Positions 10,665 to 19,347 of a stretch of 64,000 nt of DNA are shown one piece after another (the first letter of the stretch is position 1; each line of letters opens with the position of its first letter). The DNA comes from Candidatus Bathyarchaeia archaeon (GTDB taxonomy: Archaea > Thermoproteota > CALKCG01 > B24). The stretch is from contig JAVZJD010000002.1 in the NCBI GenBank assembly GCA_038870975.1, positions 416,001-480,000 on the forward strand. The letters run 5' to 3'. Position numbers and translations under genes: made by a program. The notes below the pieces were generated by a model. The model ran no database searches. It saw only the letters and a program-made list of their open reading frames with translations, and was not told where the DNA came from.

Positions 10665-11125
10665 CTAAATTCCTACTACGAATTGTTTATTTAAGCTTTC
10701 TTCCAACAATCAATTCTAAGGTTGAAGCTTTATTAGATTCAACCTTTAAAAAACTATGGTTGTGATTCTGACTTCGATTTCAGCTCTACATGGCTTTCTC
10801 AGGACGACTATGTGTTTGGCAGGAGTACAAGTCTCGAATGCGATCCAAAATACTACTCTTGACGTGTTCTTCCAGTAAACGTTTCAGTAGCCTAGATATT
10901 GAACGGGTCGACGCTTAGAATTGGAGGGTCGAAAGCTTATGAGAACTATGGTGTTCCAGTAGCCTCTGGATTCTTCTTGGACTGTGTTTTAGTGATACTT
11001 ATGGCTGGTGTAATGTCGTTATAAGGTTCTTCACTCCGTTCTGAGTTTTTAACGCCCTTCTTTTTGTTTGACCTCTTACAGTTTTTTTTTTTAAAGTAGA
11101 TTCCGTGGAAAAGCTTAAACTGGGG

Positions 11126-11154
11126 CGTTTCAATACTTTTAATCGGTTGAAACG
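11126..11154. promoter_or_regulatory. Inverted repeat CGTTTCAA-N13-TTGAAACG, candidate operator
   Basis: Perfect 8-bp arms just upstream of a TATA-like CTATATAAG and the 11210 gene. Confidence 0.45.
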
Positions 11155-11209
11155 GTTTCCCCATACGTGTCCTATATAAGCTAGAAGATGTTAAATTAGA
11201 TTCAGAGAG

Positions 11210-12139
11210 GTGGTGTGTTTGAGGAAAGTTCAGGTTTTAGCACCTATATTGCTTACGTTAGCTTTAAGTATGCTACTGGTATCGCCTATCGTTATGGCGG
11301 ACAACGGAGACAGTGAGACGGAAGACGCGTTGAAGAATAAGGCTGAGGTAATGCTTAGACTCTTAGAGATTACAGAGAGGAGGGCTAATCAGACTTTAGA
11401 GTTGTTAAATGATACTCTAGGAGAGATTCCTGACGATATTAATGCTACGTATCAGGAGGCTTTAAGGCTATACAATCAGAGTGGTGAAGCATACGATGAG
11501 GGAAACTATAGTGGGTGTATAGAGCTTGGCCGTCGGGCGATGGCTAGGTTTGAGTATTGCTTGAAGAACGCCTGCAGGCTTCTCATTGGTGAGGTTGAGG
11601 AGTTTATGGCTTGGAGGGGTCTTACAGTTGCTTTGGAGAGGCTTAGAGAGTTTATAGATAGAGTTAAAGCCTTGCGAGACAAGGCATATGAGGAATTCCC
11701 AAGTTTACAGGAGAATATAACGGAACTCGTTGACCCGCTTATAAAAGAGGCTAACGATACAGCTAACGAGGCTGAAGAGCTTATAGAGAGTGGGAGATAT
11801 ATCGATGCTTCTAAAGCCATCGGCGAAGGCCATTCTAAGGCTGCTCATGCTTTAGCGGCTTTAAATAAGCTTTTAAAGGGCAGAGTCGCGGCGATTAAAA
11901 GGGCTAACCGCTATATCGAGAGACATTTCGAAAGGCTTAGGGAGCGTATTAGAGAGAGGACTAGGAATATGGAGAGGAATAGAGCTAGAGCCATCTTGAA
12001 TAAGCTTGATCAGATCGCCGATAAGCTTGAGAAGCTTAAGGAGTTCCGCGGTGATGAAGAGGTTAGAGAGAGGCTGAGAGAGAGGCTTACTGAGATACAG
12101 GGTATGTTGGAGGAGCTTTTAGAAGAGCTTGAACATTGA
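11210..12139 (+). CDS. Secreted all-helical hypothetical protein
   Basis: N-terminal signal peptide; charged helical body with several N-x-S/T sequons. Confidence 0.8.
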   Translation: MVCLRKVQVLAPILLTLALSMLLVSPIVMADNGDSETEDALKNKAEVMLRLLEITERRANQTLELLNDTLGEIPDDINATYQEALRLYNQSGEAYDEGNYSGCIELGRRAMARFEYCLKNACRLLIGEVEEFMAWRGLTVALERLREFIDRVKALRDKAYEEFPSLQENITELVDPLIKEANDTANEAEELIESGRYIDASKAIGEGHSKAAHALAALNKLLKGRVAAIKRANRYIERHFERLRERIRERTRNMERNRARAILNKLDQIADKLEKLKEFRGDEEVRERLRERLTEIQGMLEELLEELEH

Positions 12140-12185
12140 CCGTTTGGAAAGCTTTAAATAATTTTTTCCTTAATTCTTTTAGAGT

Positions 12186-13244
12186 ATGGGTTTTCTGAGG
12201 TTTCTACCAGTTTTATCTATAGCTGTTGTTTTCGCTTTAGCTGTTTCATGCGTTTATTCTGAGGGTTATGTTTACCGTGTTGACTCTATGAATTTTACGG
12301 TTTACTTTGACGGTGTTGTCGATGTGAAGGTTAAGCTTAGCGTGAATGAAACTAGTCTGTTTTTCACAGTAGGTTTGCCAGGTTCTCCTTTTTCAAACAT
12401 GTTTGTTTACGACTCCTCTGGTGTTCCTTTGGATTTCGACGTTGAGGGTGGGAATGTTACGGTTTACAGTTTCGGTGAAAGCCTTGTATATGTTGAATAT
12501 GAGACGCTTAATTTGACTTATAAGGAGGGTGTTTTATGGACTTTTAAGGTTGAATCCCCGGTAGTCTTCTACGTTATCCTGCCTTATAATGCTTCTATAA
12601 CTGGTTTTTCAGATATTCCGCTTGAAGTTACACTGCTTAAAGATGGTAGGATTCTGCTTAAAATGCCTAAGGGCTTACAGTACGTAAGCTACGTCATACC
12701 TCCAGGTGTAGCTGAATTTAGGTTGAAGGCTTTAAACGCTATTTCCAAAGCCCGAATCGCTATTGCAGATGCTAAAGCCGAGGGTAGGACTGAGGGTTTA
12801 GCGGATGCTGAAAGACTACTGGCGGAGGCTGAGGGGCTTTTCAATGCAGGCGACTATCGTGGTGCTGAGGCTAGGGCTAATCAGGCTTACGAGTCGGCTT
12901 TGAATGCTAAGAAGCCGTTGATCGGTGTTATCTTAGACTATATGCCTTATATCGTGGTGGCTACAGTTTTAGCGGTTGCTGTTGCAACCGTGCTGTTTTT
13001 AAGGCTTAGACGTGGGGGTGTTGCTAGGCTTTTCCGTGAAAACCCCTGGCTTGACGAAGATGAGAAGAACGTTTTAAAAGTTATATGGATTAAAGGAGGC
13101 GGTGCTTTCGAATCGGATATTAGGGATGCTTTAGACCTTCCCAAGACAACGGTTTGGAGGATTATTAAAAAGCTTGAAGAAAATGGGCTTGTCAAAGTCG
13201 AGAAAATCCGTGGGGAAAACTACGTTAAACTGGTCAAGCGTTAA
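12186..13244 (+). CDS. Membrane-anchored wHTH transcriptional regulator (COG2512-like)
   Basis: Signal peptide, beta-rich extracellular domain, TM helix, C-terminal wHTH (ESDIRDALDLPKTTVWRIIKKLEENGLV). Confidence 0.85.
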   Translation: MGFLRFLPVLSIAVVFALAVSCVYSEGYVYRVDSMNFTVYFDGVVDVKVKLSVNETSLFFTVGLPGSPFSNMFVYDSSGVPLDFDVEGGNVTVYSFGESLVYVEYETLNLTYKEGVLWTFKVESPVVFYVILPYNASITGFSDIPLEVTLLKDGRILLKMPKGLQYVSYVIPPGVAEFRLKALNAISKARIAIADAKAEGRTEGLADAERLLAEAEGLFNAGDYRGAEARANQAYESALNAKKPLIGVILDYMPYIVVATVLAVAVATVLFLRLRRGGVARLFRENPWLDEDEKNVLKVIWIKGGGAFESDIRDALDLPKTTVWRIIKKLEENGLVKVEKIRGENYVKLVKR

Positions 13245-13439
13245 ACGGCTTAGATCGCATATGGTAGTTTTTCCAGTGGAATCCACACGATCCCTACTTA
13301 AGCTTATGGAAAATGTGAAATCCAACTTTTCGGTCTTCCTAGTCTTCACAAGTTAAAGTCTACCCACGGGTTTTCCATGAGGTTGTACAGCGCTCTTGTA
13401 AAAGCTTAATTAAACCGTTAAGGTTAAGATACAATAGTC

Positions 13440-14186
13440 TTGAGTGGTATGTTGACCGACGGCGGTGGTGATGTGGCTACTGAGTTGAAGACGCAACTTC
13501 TTAAATTGCTTAGAGAGGATGAAGAATTTAGGTATGCGGTGGCAGGTTTAATCGGTTTAGAGGATTTGAGGTCCTCTATGAAGTCTTTAACGGATGCCAT
13601 TGACAGATTGGCTGAACGGGTAGATAAGCTGGCTGAAGCCCAGAAGCTTACGGAAGATAGACTGAACAAGCTGACAGAACGAGTAGACAAGTTGACGGAA
13701 CAAGTAGATAAGCTGACAGAACGGGTAAATAGGTTGGCTGAGGCTCAATTGCGTACGGAGGAGCATGTAAAGCAATTGGCGGTTACGGTTTCAAACTTGG
13801 CTGGAGAGGTTGGTAGACTTTCTGATGTTATTGGATTCGGGCTGGAAGATGTTGCTAAGGTTGTCGTACCTGGTTGGTTGTATAGGCACGAGCGTATAGA
13901 AGTTGAGTTGGAGCGTAGGTTTGTATACGTTGACGGTGAATCGATTGAAGTGAACCTTTATGGTGATGGGAGGAGGAATGGTGAGGCTGTGATTGTCGTA
14001 GGTGAGTGTAAATCTAGGATTTACGAGAGAGAGGTTAGGGAGTTTGCTGAAAAACTGGAGAAGCTTGCTAAAGTCTTTCAAGGCAGGAGGATGTATACGT
14101 TTATGTTCGGTTTTCTGATACATCCTTCAGCTGAGGGGGAGGCGAGGGGGAGGGGGATAACGCTTATAGCCTCCTACATGCGTTGA
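13440..14186 (+). CDS. Heptad-repeat coiled-coil protein with C-terminal PD-(D/E)XK-like domain
   Basis: LREDEEFRYAVAGLIG N-terminus, VDKLTER heptads, IEVNLYG...VGECKS motif. Confidence 0.8.
   Translation: MSGMLTDGGGDVATELKTQLLKLLREDEEFRYAVAGLIGLEDLRSSMKSLTDAIDRLAERVDKLAEAQKLTEDRLNKLTERVDKLTEQVDKLTERVNRLAEAQLRTEEHVKQLAVTVSNLAGEVGRLSDVIGFGLEDVAKVVVPGWLYRHERIEVELERRFVYVDGESIEVNLYGDGRRNGEAVIVVGECKSRIYEREVREFAEKLEKLAKVFQGRRMYTFMFGFLIHPSAEGEARGRGITLIASYMR
13595..13750 (+). repeat. Degenerate 21-bp coding tandem repeats (heptads)
   Basis: Units such as gtagataagctggctgaagcc, gtagacaagttgacggaacaa, gtagataagctgacagaacgg. Confidence 0.7.
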
Positions 14187-14257
14187 CCATTTTCCTCCTC
14201 TGTAGGGATGTTCGGTATGTCTTATTATCTTTGAGCGTAGGTGTTCTTCGACTTCCT

Positions 14258-14665
14258 CTACTCGCTCTTCCTCAGCTTTTCCTTAGGCTCCCAGGTGAAC
14301 CTCCATAGACCTCTCCCAAACGATTCAACTGCGATTTCCAATTCATCTGCAAGCTTATCGTTGATTAGAGGTTCTGTGGGTAGTGGGGAGACCACGATAT
14401 CGGCTAGAGCCTCCTTCGATTTAACGTCCTCCGTTAAAACGCTTACCCTCGCCGACCTTGGGTAGAACCAAGCCCTCAGAGGTCCACCCGCGGTTTCCAG
14501 AACTACTTCTGATGCGGCTTGAGGCGGCCAGAGGCCGAGTTTAACGGCTAAATCTATTGGAATAAGTAGTTGAGGCGTTGGTGCTTCATAGCCGCTGTTG
14601 AGGAGGGATACTGCTTCAACAGATCTACAGTCGATAGTGATCTTAAGTTTTAGTCTCACAGCCAT
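14258..14665 (-). CDS. Retropepsin (clan AA aspartyl protease)-like protein, NSG variant
   Basis: SLLNSGYE at the D-[ST]-G position; flap-like ETAGG; EPLIND; 135 aa. Confidence 0.65.
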   Translation of the reverse strand: MAVRLKLKITIDCRSVEAVSLLNSGYEAPTPQLLIPIDLAVKLGLWPPQAASEVVLETAGGPLRAWFYPRSARVSVLTEDVKSKEALADIVVSPLPTEPLINDKLADELEIAVESFGRGLWRFTWEPKEKLRKSE

Positions 14666-14981
14666 GGGAGAGCACCTTAATTCTGCCTACGCGTCCGAAG
14701 CTTTTGAACGTAATCCTCCCCACGAATACTCCTCCACATACCTTCGAGTGAGTATCCAAGGTCTGAGGCTTTATACAGCCTACGTAAACCTTCTTACGAG
14801 CAGTCGATTCCGACATGCTTTTACGAAATAGAGCTTACCAAAGTCGAATAAATACTTTTTGAGGCTTTGCTAAAAGCATGTTTATCCATAAGTTTAAACT
14901 TTCAATTCTCTCTATAAGATTCCATATAGACTCGACAGCAATCTATAGTCACATACTAAGCAAATGAATGGAGCAGTGGCA

Positions 14982-15032
14982 CATTAACCGAAGACATTTT
15001 ATGACTTTAAGTTTTCTAAACTCTAAATGTTT
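14982..15032. repeat. Degenerate 51-bp direct repeat, copy 1
   Basis: 42/51 ungapped identity to 16304..16354 by manual alignment. Confidence 0.7.
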
Positions 15033-15121
15033 TAGAGAGATGTTTAATTATAGGAGAATTGAAGGGGAAATTTTAAACAACGTATTATGCGTAGTATGAA
15101 AAGCTTTTTAAATTCGTTTTA

Positions 15122-15367
15122 ATGTTTCCTAAGATGGAAATGAAGGAAACGGTGGATTATCAAAGTATAGTGGAGGAAAATTTCAAATTGTTAAGTGTAC
15201 TCGATGAGCTTGAGAAGGTCAGGCGCATCGTAATGGTTCAACTGGGGATCGTTGAAGATGTTTCTAGGTTAAAAGCCGCGTCGATATTTCAGTGGCTTTT
15301 CCGCCTATATGCTCGGAAAGTGGGAGAAGCTTACACCATTAAATCGGTGAAAGAAGCGATGAAGTGA
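15122..15367 (+). CDS. Small helical protein, probable partner of downstream nucleotidyltransferase
   Basis: 81 aa, ends 4 nt before the NTase start; TATA-like TTTTAAAT upstream. Confidence 0.6.
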   Translation: MFPKMEMKETVDYQSIVEENFKLLSVLDELEKVRRIVMVQLGIVEDVSRLKAASIFQWLFRLYARKVGEAYTIKSVKEAMK

Positions 15368-15371
15368 TGAT

Positions 15372-15998
15372 ATGGGTCTAATCGCTTATACAGTTAAGGT
15401 TGCGAGAATTTTCAATAGGTTAAATTTGAAATACGCGCTCGTAGGAGGGCTTGTATGTATATTGATGGGCATTAGGAGAATTACGGAAGATGCAGACTTC
15501 ATAGTTGAAGTTAAGTCCTTCAGCGATTTAGAAAAATTATTTTTTGGATTGAAAGAAGAAGGCTTCGATGTGAGTTTAGAAGAAGTAAAAGATGCATATG
15601 CAAATAAGAGTCATTTTACAATTTTAGTCGACGGCTTTAGGCTTGACTTTAAATTTGCATCCTCAACCCTCGACTTTGAAACCCTGAAAAGAGCTGTTGA
15701 AGTCGAAATCGAAGGGGAGAAAGTGAAAATTGCAAGGCTTGAAGAAAACATAGCGGCGAAAATACTAGTCTTGTCTTCGTTAAAAGATGTCGAAGACGCC
15801 TTATGGCTAATGATCAATCACCATGATAAAATAGACTGGAGTCGGCTTCAACTCCTTCTCAACGGAGATCCGAAGAAGATGATAGAGAACATACTGCTGG
15901 AAATTGAGAGAGAGTTTCAGGACGATGTAGTAGTTTTAAAAAAGTTGTATGAACTTAAATCGCTGTTAAAGCCTCTTTCACCCTCTCCCAATCTTTAA
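15372..15998 (+). CDS. Nucleotidyltransferase (DUF6036/AbiEii-like, Pol-beta superfamily)
   Basis: YALVGG...GIRRITEDADF motif; IAAK and KDVED C-terminal motifs. Confidence 0.8.
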   Translation: MGLIAYTVKVARIFNRLNLKYALVGGLVCILMGIRRITEDADFIVEVKSFSDLEKLFFGLKEEGFDVSLEEVKDAYANKSHFTILVDGFRLDFKFASSTLDFETLKRAVEVEIEGEKVKIARLEENIAAKILVLSSLKDVEDALWLMINHHDKIDWSRLQLLLNGDPKKMIENILLEIEREFQDDVVVLKKLYELKSLLKPLSPSPNL

Positions 15999-16146
15999 CC
16001 GTAATAGTCTTACTTCCAGCCACCTCGGTAAGCTTAAGTCTATACTTTAAAAGCCTCCTTATAACGTCTGAGAGGGATTCCCCAGGCCTCTTCATTCTAC
16101 TCAACTGTTCATATACGTCATCCGACAATATTACAACCTTCCCCAT
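15955..16146 (-). CDS. VapB-family (DUF217-like) antitoxin, orphan
   Basis: MGKVVILSDDVYEQLSRMKRPGESLSDVIRRLL signature; ATG at 16146 preferred over the ORF-track start at 16230. Confidence 0.8.
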   Translation of the reverse strand: MGKVVILSDDVYEQLSRMKRPGESLSDVIRRLLKYRLKLTEVAGSKTITVKDWERVKEALTAI

Positions 16147-16303
16147 AATTCCCACCCGCCATCTATGCAGTCTTACAATAACTGTATATAATTTTATATT
16201 ATGAAAGTTTTCCGAAGCGTGAGCTGACATGTAACTCCTCGAGGTCTTCTCTTAATATTCAACCGTCACTAGAAGCTTTAGTTGAGAAGTACGTAGCCAA
16301 ATC

Positions 16304-16354
16304 CATTAACTGAGGACGCATTATGACTTTAAGCTTTCTAAAGTCCAAACGTTT
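16304..16354. repeat. Degenerate 51-bp direct repeat, copy 2
   Basis: See 14982..15032. Confidence 0.7.
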
Positions 16355-16460
16355 GAATCTATGAGACACGTTAAAACTCCCCAACCTGTAGCCTCCTCAA
16401 TCTTCTTCTCACTTCTCCCTCAGACTTACAGACAATATTGGACACGTCAATACTTTCAAG

Positions 16461-16886
16461 CTAAAGAACTTCAACCGTGTATCCGTTAAGCTTTAAAGCA
16501 AGCTTGTTGAGGAGCTCCCTACCAGCTATGACTTCGTAGGGTAGGTCCTCAGGAAGCATGGGAACAAGCACGTTTAGCTCATCCAACTCTAATACAGGGG
16601 TTCCGGACTCTGAGACCACAAAGCCCTTGACTTTGAATACTTCACACTCGATTTCACGCCCTCCAATAGCGTAAAGCAACTCATATTCAGTCGGTTTAAT
16701 GCCTTCGAGAAGTAATGCAAGCTCGTCATTAGCGTAAAGTGCTCCGTCGAAGCCAGTGTCGATCAAGCATGGGCCACGAAGTCTACCGTTATCAGTCAAA
16801 AGCTCAAGCCAAAGCACGGGTATAGCTGGTAGCTTCTTACCTTTGGAGTCGTAACCATCTTCGACATAAGGATAGCTAACCCTCAA
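16461..16886 (-). CDS. Retropepsin (clan AA aspartyl protease)-like protein
   Basis: CLIDTGFDG catalytic motif; AIGG flap; IAGRELL C-terminal motif. Confidence 0.8.
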   Translation of the reverse strand: MRVSYPYVEDGYDSKGKKLPAIPVLWLELLTDNGRLRGPCLIDTGFDGALYANDELALLLEGIKPTEYELLYAIGGREIECEVFKVKGFVVSESGTPVLELDELNVLVPMLPEDLPYEVIAGRELLNKLALKLNGYTVEVL

Positions 16887-17148
16887 CTCTAATCCACCTC
16901 GGAGTTTGTACTCTAGTCCTCCTAAGCGTTGGAGAAGGTGCCCGAGGCCCAGCGATCTTCAAAACGGCTACGACCGTCGGACCTTTAAATGGTCTCCTCC
17001 CGAGGAGGCTAGGATACTTTAAAGCTAAATATCTCATCAGAGCTTCTGACACAATCCTAGACTTCGGAGGCTTTAAGGGGTCTAACTTAGTAGCTTTATC
17101 TAAAGCCTCTGCAAGCTCATCTGGAATAGTTATGGATATTCTTTTCAT
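16876..17148 (-). CDS. Ribbon-helix-helix (CopG-family) protein
   Basis: MKRISITIPDELAEALD...KSRIVSEAL; overlaps the protease start by 11 nt. Confidence 0.85.
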   Translation of the reverse strand: MKRISITIPDELAEALDKATKLDPLKPPKSRIVSEALMRYLALKYPSLLGRRPFKGPTVVAVLKIAGPRAPSPTLRRTRVQTPRWIRVEG

Positions 17149-17323
17149 CTAATATTATTTCGTAATATCAGTATTATTAAATCTTAACACATTCAACGGC
17201 ACATAGTCTTTTTCCCACAGCGCATCTCTCCATAGGGAGATATCCATGGCTTATGGAAGTTTCTACAAACCTTGAATGAATTCTGGAAGGCTTATATCTT
17301 GAGTTCACCACTACTTCGTTCTG

Positions 17324-17875
17324 ATGGGTTTAGAGTTCCCCATTCCAGAGGACTTGGTAGAGCTTATCTTGGAGGGTGAGCGTATAGTTTGGGTGGGTAG
17401 GTCTGCGTTTAAGCCCTTCATCCTCAAGAACCTCGCAGGTCTAATTATACCCGTAGTCTTCCTACTCATACCCATACCCCTTATAGGTGTGTTATACGGT
17501 CCTCCATATGTGAATCTGTTCATACTCCTATTCCTCCTACTATGGTACTGTGCCGTAGGCTTCTCACTATTCAACTTCTCAGTATATCCAATACTACTAT
17601 GGAGGAATCTATACTACGTTTTAACCGATAGGAGGATCATAATACGCAAAGGCGTCATAGGCATAGACTACGATATACTCGACTTAGAGTATGTGCAACA
17701 GGTCAACTTGGAGAGAGGCATATGGGATAGAGTTTACGGCACAGGCACTATAGTGGTTCAAGCCATAGGCGTTAAACCCATAGAGATGCATTCAATACCA
17801 GACCCGTTCAGGTCGATAGATGTACTGAAGAAGACCGTGGAGAGCGTGAGGTCGTTTAAAACCCCACGCATATAG
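17324..17875 (+). CDS. Membrane protein with bacterial PH (bPH_2) domain
   Basis: GERIVWVGR, two TM helices, YVLTDRRIIIRKG, RGIWDRVYGTGTI. Confidence 0.85.
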   Translation: MGLEFPIPEDLVELILEGERIVWVGRSAFKPFILKNLAGLIIPVVFLLIPIPLIGVLYGPPYVNLFILLFLLLWYCAVGFSLFNFSVYPILLWRNLYYVLTDRRIIIRKGVIGIDYDILDLEYVQQVNLERGIWDRVYGTGTIVVQAIGVKPIEMHSIPDPFRSIDVLKKTVESVRSFKTPRI

Positions 17876-18243
17876 CCTGACTAAGGACTTTACATGGAAT
17901 TACGTACGTTGACCTTGCAGAGGACTACCAATATAGTCACGAAGCTACGTGAAGATGAAGACCCATTCAACCTAAAGCTCCAATTCCCAGCTGTGTATCC
18001 TCTACTCTTAACCTTCAGAGAGCCCCTGATGGGGGCGTACAGCAATTAACGTACTTTAAATCCTCAACTCCTGCAAACCGCCACTAGCTACAAGTCCATA
18101 TTCTACAAAAGATTGTCTTCGCGTCTTACAATAGGAAACGGATTAAAATTGATAGTTGCGTCCATGATGACTTTTACCCTTAGAAAAATACCTGACACTA
18201 TCAAATTCTGAAGGAAAAATTATTAAATGTCACATCACACGTA

Positions 18244-18645
18244 TTGTTCTTGATACTTATGAAGAGGGCTTTCTCCTATAAAGATCTTCTCGACAATGCC
18301 ACTAGGATCGCCGTTCAAGCTAAGTTGGATGGTTTGACCAAGACTCAAATTGAGAACATCATCGGGTCTCTATATATGGTTGAGGACGCTAGGGATGCTT
18401 TGCTCATTACCCAATTGTTCGCTCATAGACAGGCTGAGAGATTGGGCAGAGGTCGTAAAACGATGTCTATGATTAGTAAGTTTTTAAACGAAATTTACGT
18501 TAAAAATGGGGATAGGTGTCTCGCAAGCGAATTCCTCGGTTTGATCAAATGGGTTTTTGAGTGCATTGAGGAGGTAAGGTTGCCGATGATCGATATCAAC
18601 ACTCTCACGTTCGACGCATTAATGAATATTCTGAGGGGAAGGTAA
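18244..18645 (+). CDS. Type III small subunit (Cas11/Csm2-like); likely start ATG 18259
   Basis: Small helical protein, first gene of RAMP operon; C-terminal FLGLIKWVFE. Confidence 0.7.
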   Translation: MFLILMKRAFSYKDLLDNATRIAVQAKLDGLTKTQIENIIGSLYMVEDARDALLITQLFAHRQAERLGRGRKTMSMISKFLNEIYVKNGDRCLASEFLGLIKWVFECIEEVRLPMIDINTLTFDALMNILRGR

Positions 18646-19347
18646 ATGCCTGATTACAGGGATTTTGATAGACTAAATACCATTATTCGCATTGAGGGGA
18701 TCCTAGTAAATGAAACTCCGTTAAGGATTGGTACTGGTAAGGAACCCCCTTTGGGCGCTCCAGTAGATGTAGCAGTTTACAGGGTTAATGGCATTCCATG
18801 TATACCCGGGTCTAGTTTGAAAGGTCTATTTAGAAACTACGTCGAAATGGCCTCAACTTCCAAGGGCGTTAAAGTGCACGAACCTTGGAACAAAGATGCC
18901 ATCGAAGATGAGGCCAAGCGCGGGGATTTCTGTCCAGTTTGTGGAATTTTCGGTAGTACGGAGTTGGCTAGCCATATCAGAGTTTACGATGCGTTCCCGA
19001 AGGATAATAGATTTTATAGTTTTCAGAAGACTGGCACAAGCATCGATAGAGAATTCGGGAGCGTGAGAGCAGGTTCGCTATTTACAGAGGAACTAATCAC
19101 GCCGATGACTGAGTGGACATTTAAAATGGATGTAATAAACATTGACCTATACTCTGAGCAGGAAGTTGAAGACAAACGAAAGGAATTACTTAAATCGCTG
19201 TTGACAACGCTTACTACAATTGGTTTAAGTATTGGCTCTAGGAAGTCCGTCGGCTACGGTCTCATTAAGTTGAAAGAAGCTAAGTGGCGTAAGTACAAAT
19301 TCGTTGAGGGCGAACTCAAATTAGTCGATAAAGGTGATGCGATTTGA
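18646..19347 (+). CDS. csm3: Type III RAMP, Cas7/Csm3 group
   Basis: TPLRIGTG, IPGSSLKG, CPVCGIFG, G-rich loop IGSRKSVGYG. Confidence 0.9.
   Translation: MPDYRDFDRLNTIIRIEGILVNETPLRIGTGKEPPLGAPVDVAVYRVNGIPCIPGSSLKGLFRNYVEMASTSKGVKVHEPWNKDAIEDEAKRGDFCPVCGIFGSTELASHIRVYDAFPKDNRFYSFQKTGTSIDREFGSVRAGSLFTEELITPMTEWTFKMDVINIDLYSEQEVEDKRKELLKSLLTTLTTIGLSIGSRKSVGYGLIKLKEAKWRKYKFVEGELKLVDKGDAI

Noticed and set aside
10700-11030. Possible decayed gene between the hydrolase and the secreted protein
   Set aside because: Frames are broken by stops with no recognisable family.
17894-18049. 51-aa ORF upstream of the type III operon
   Set aside because: Short, no motif or clear promoter; cannot be supported.
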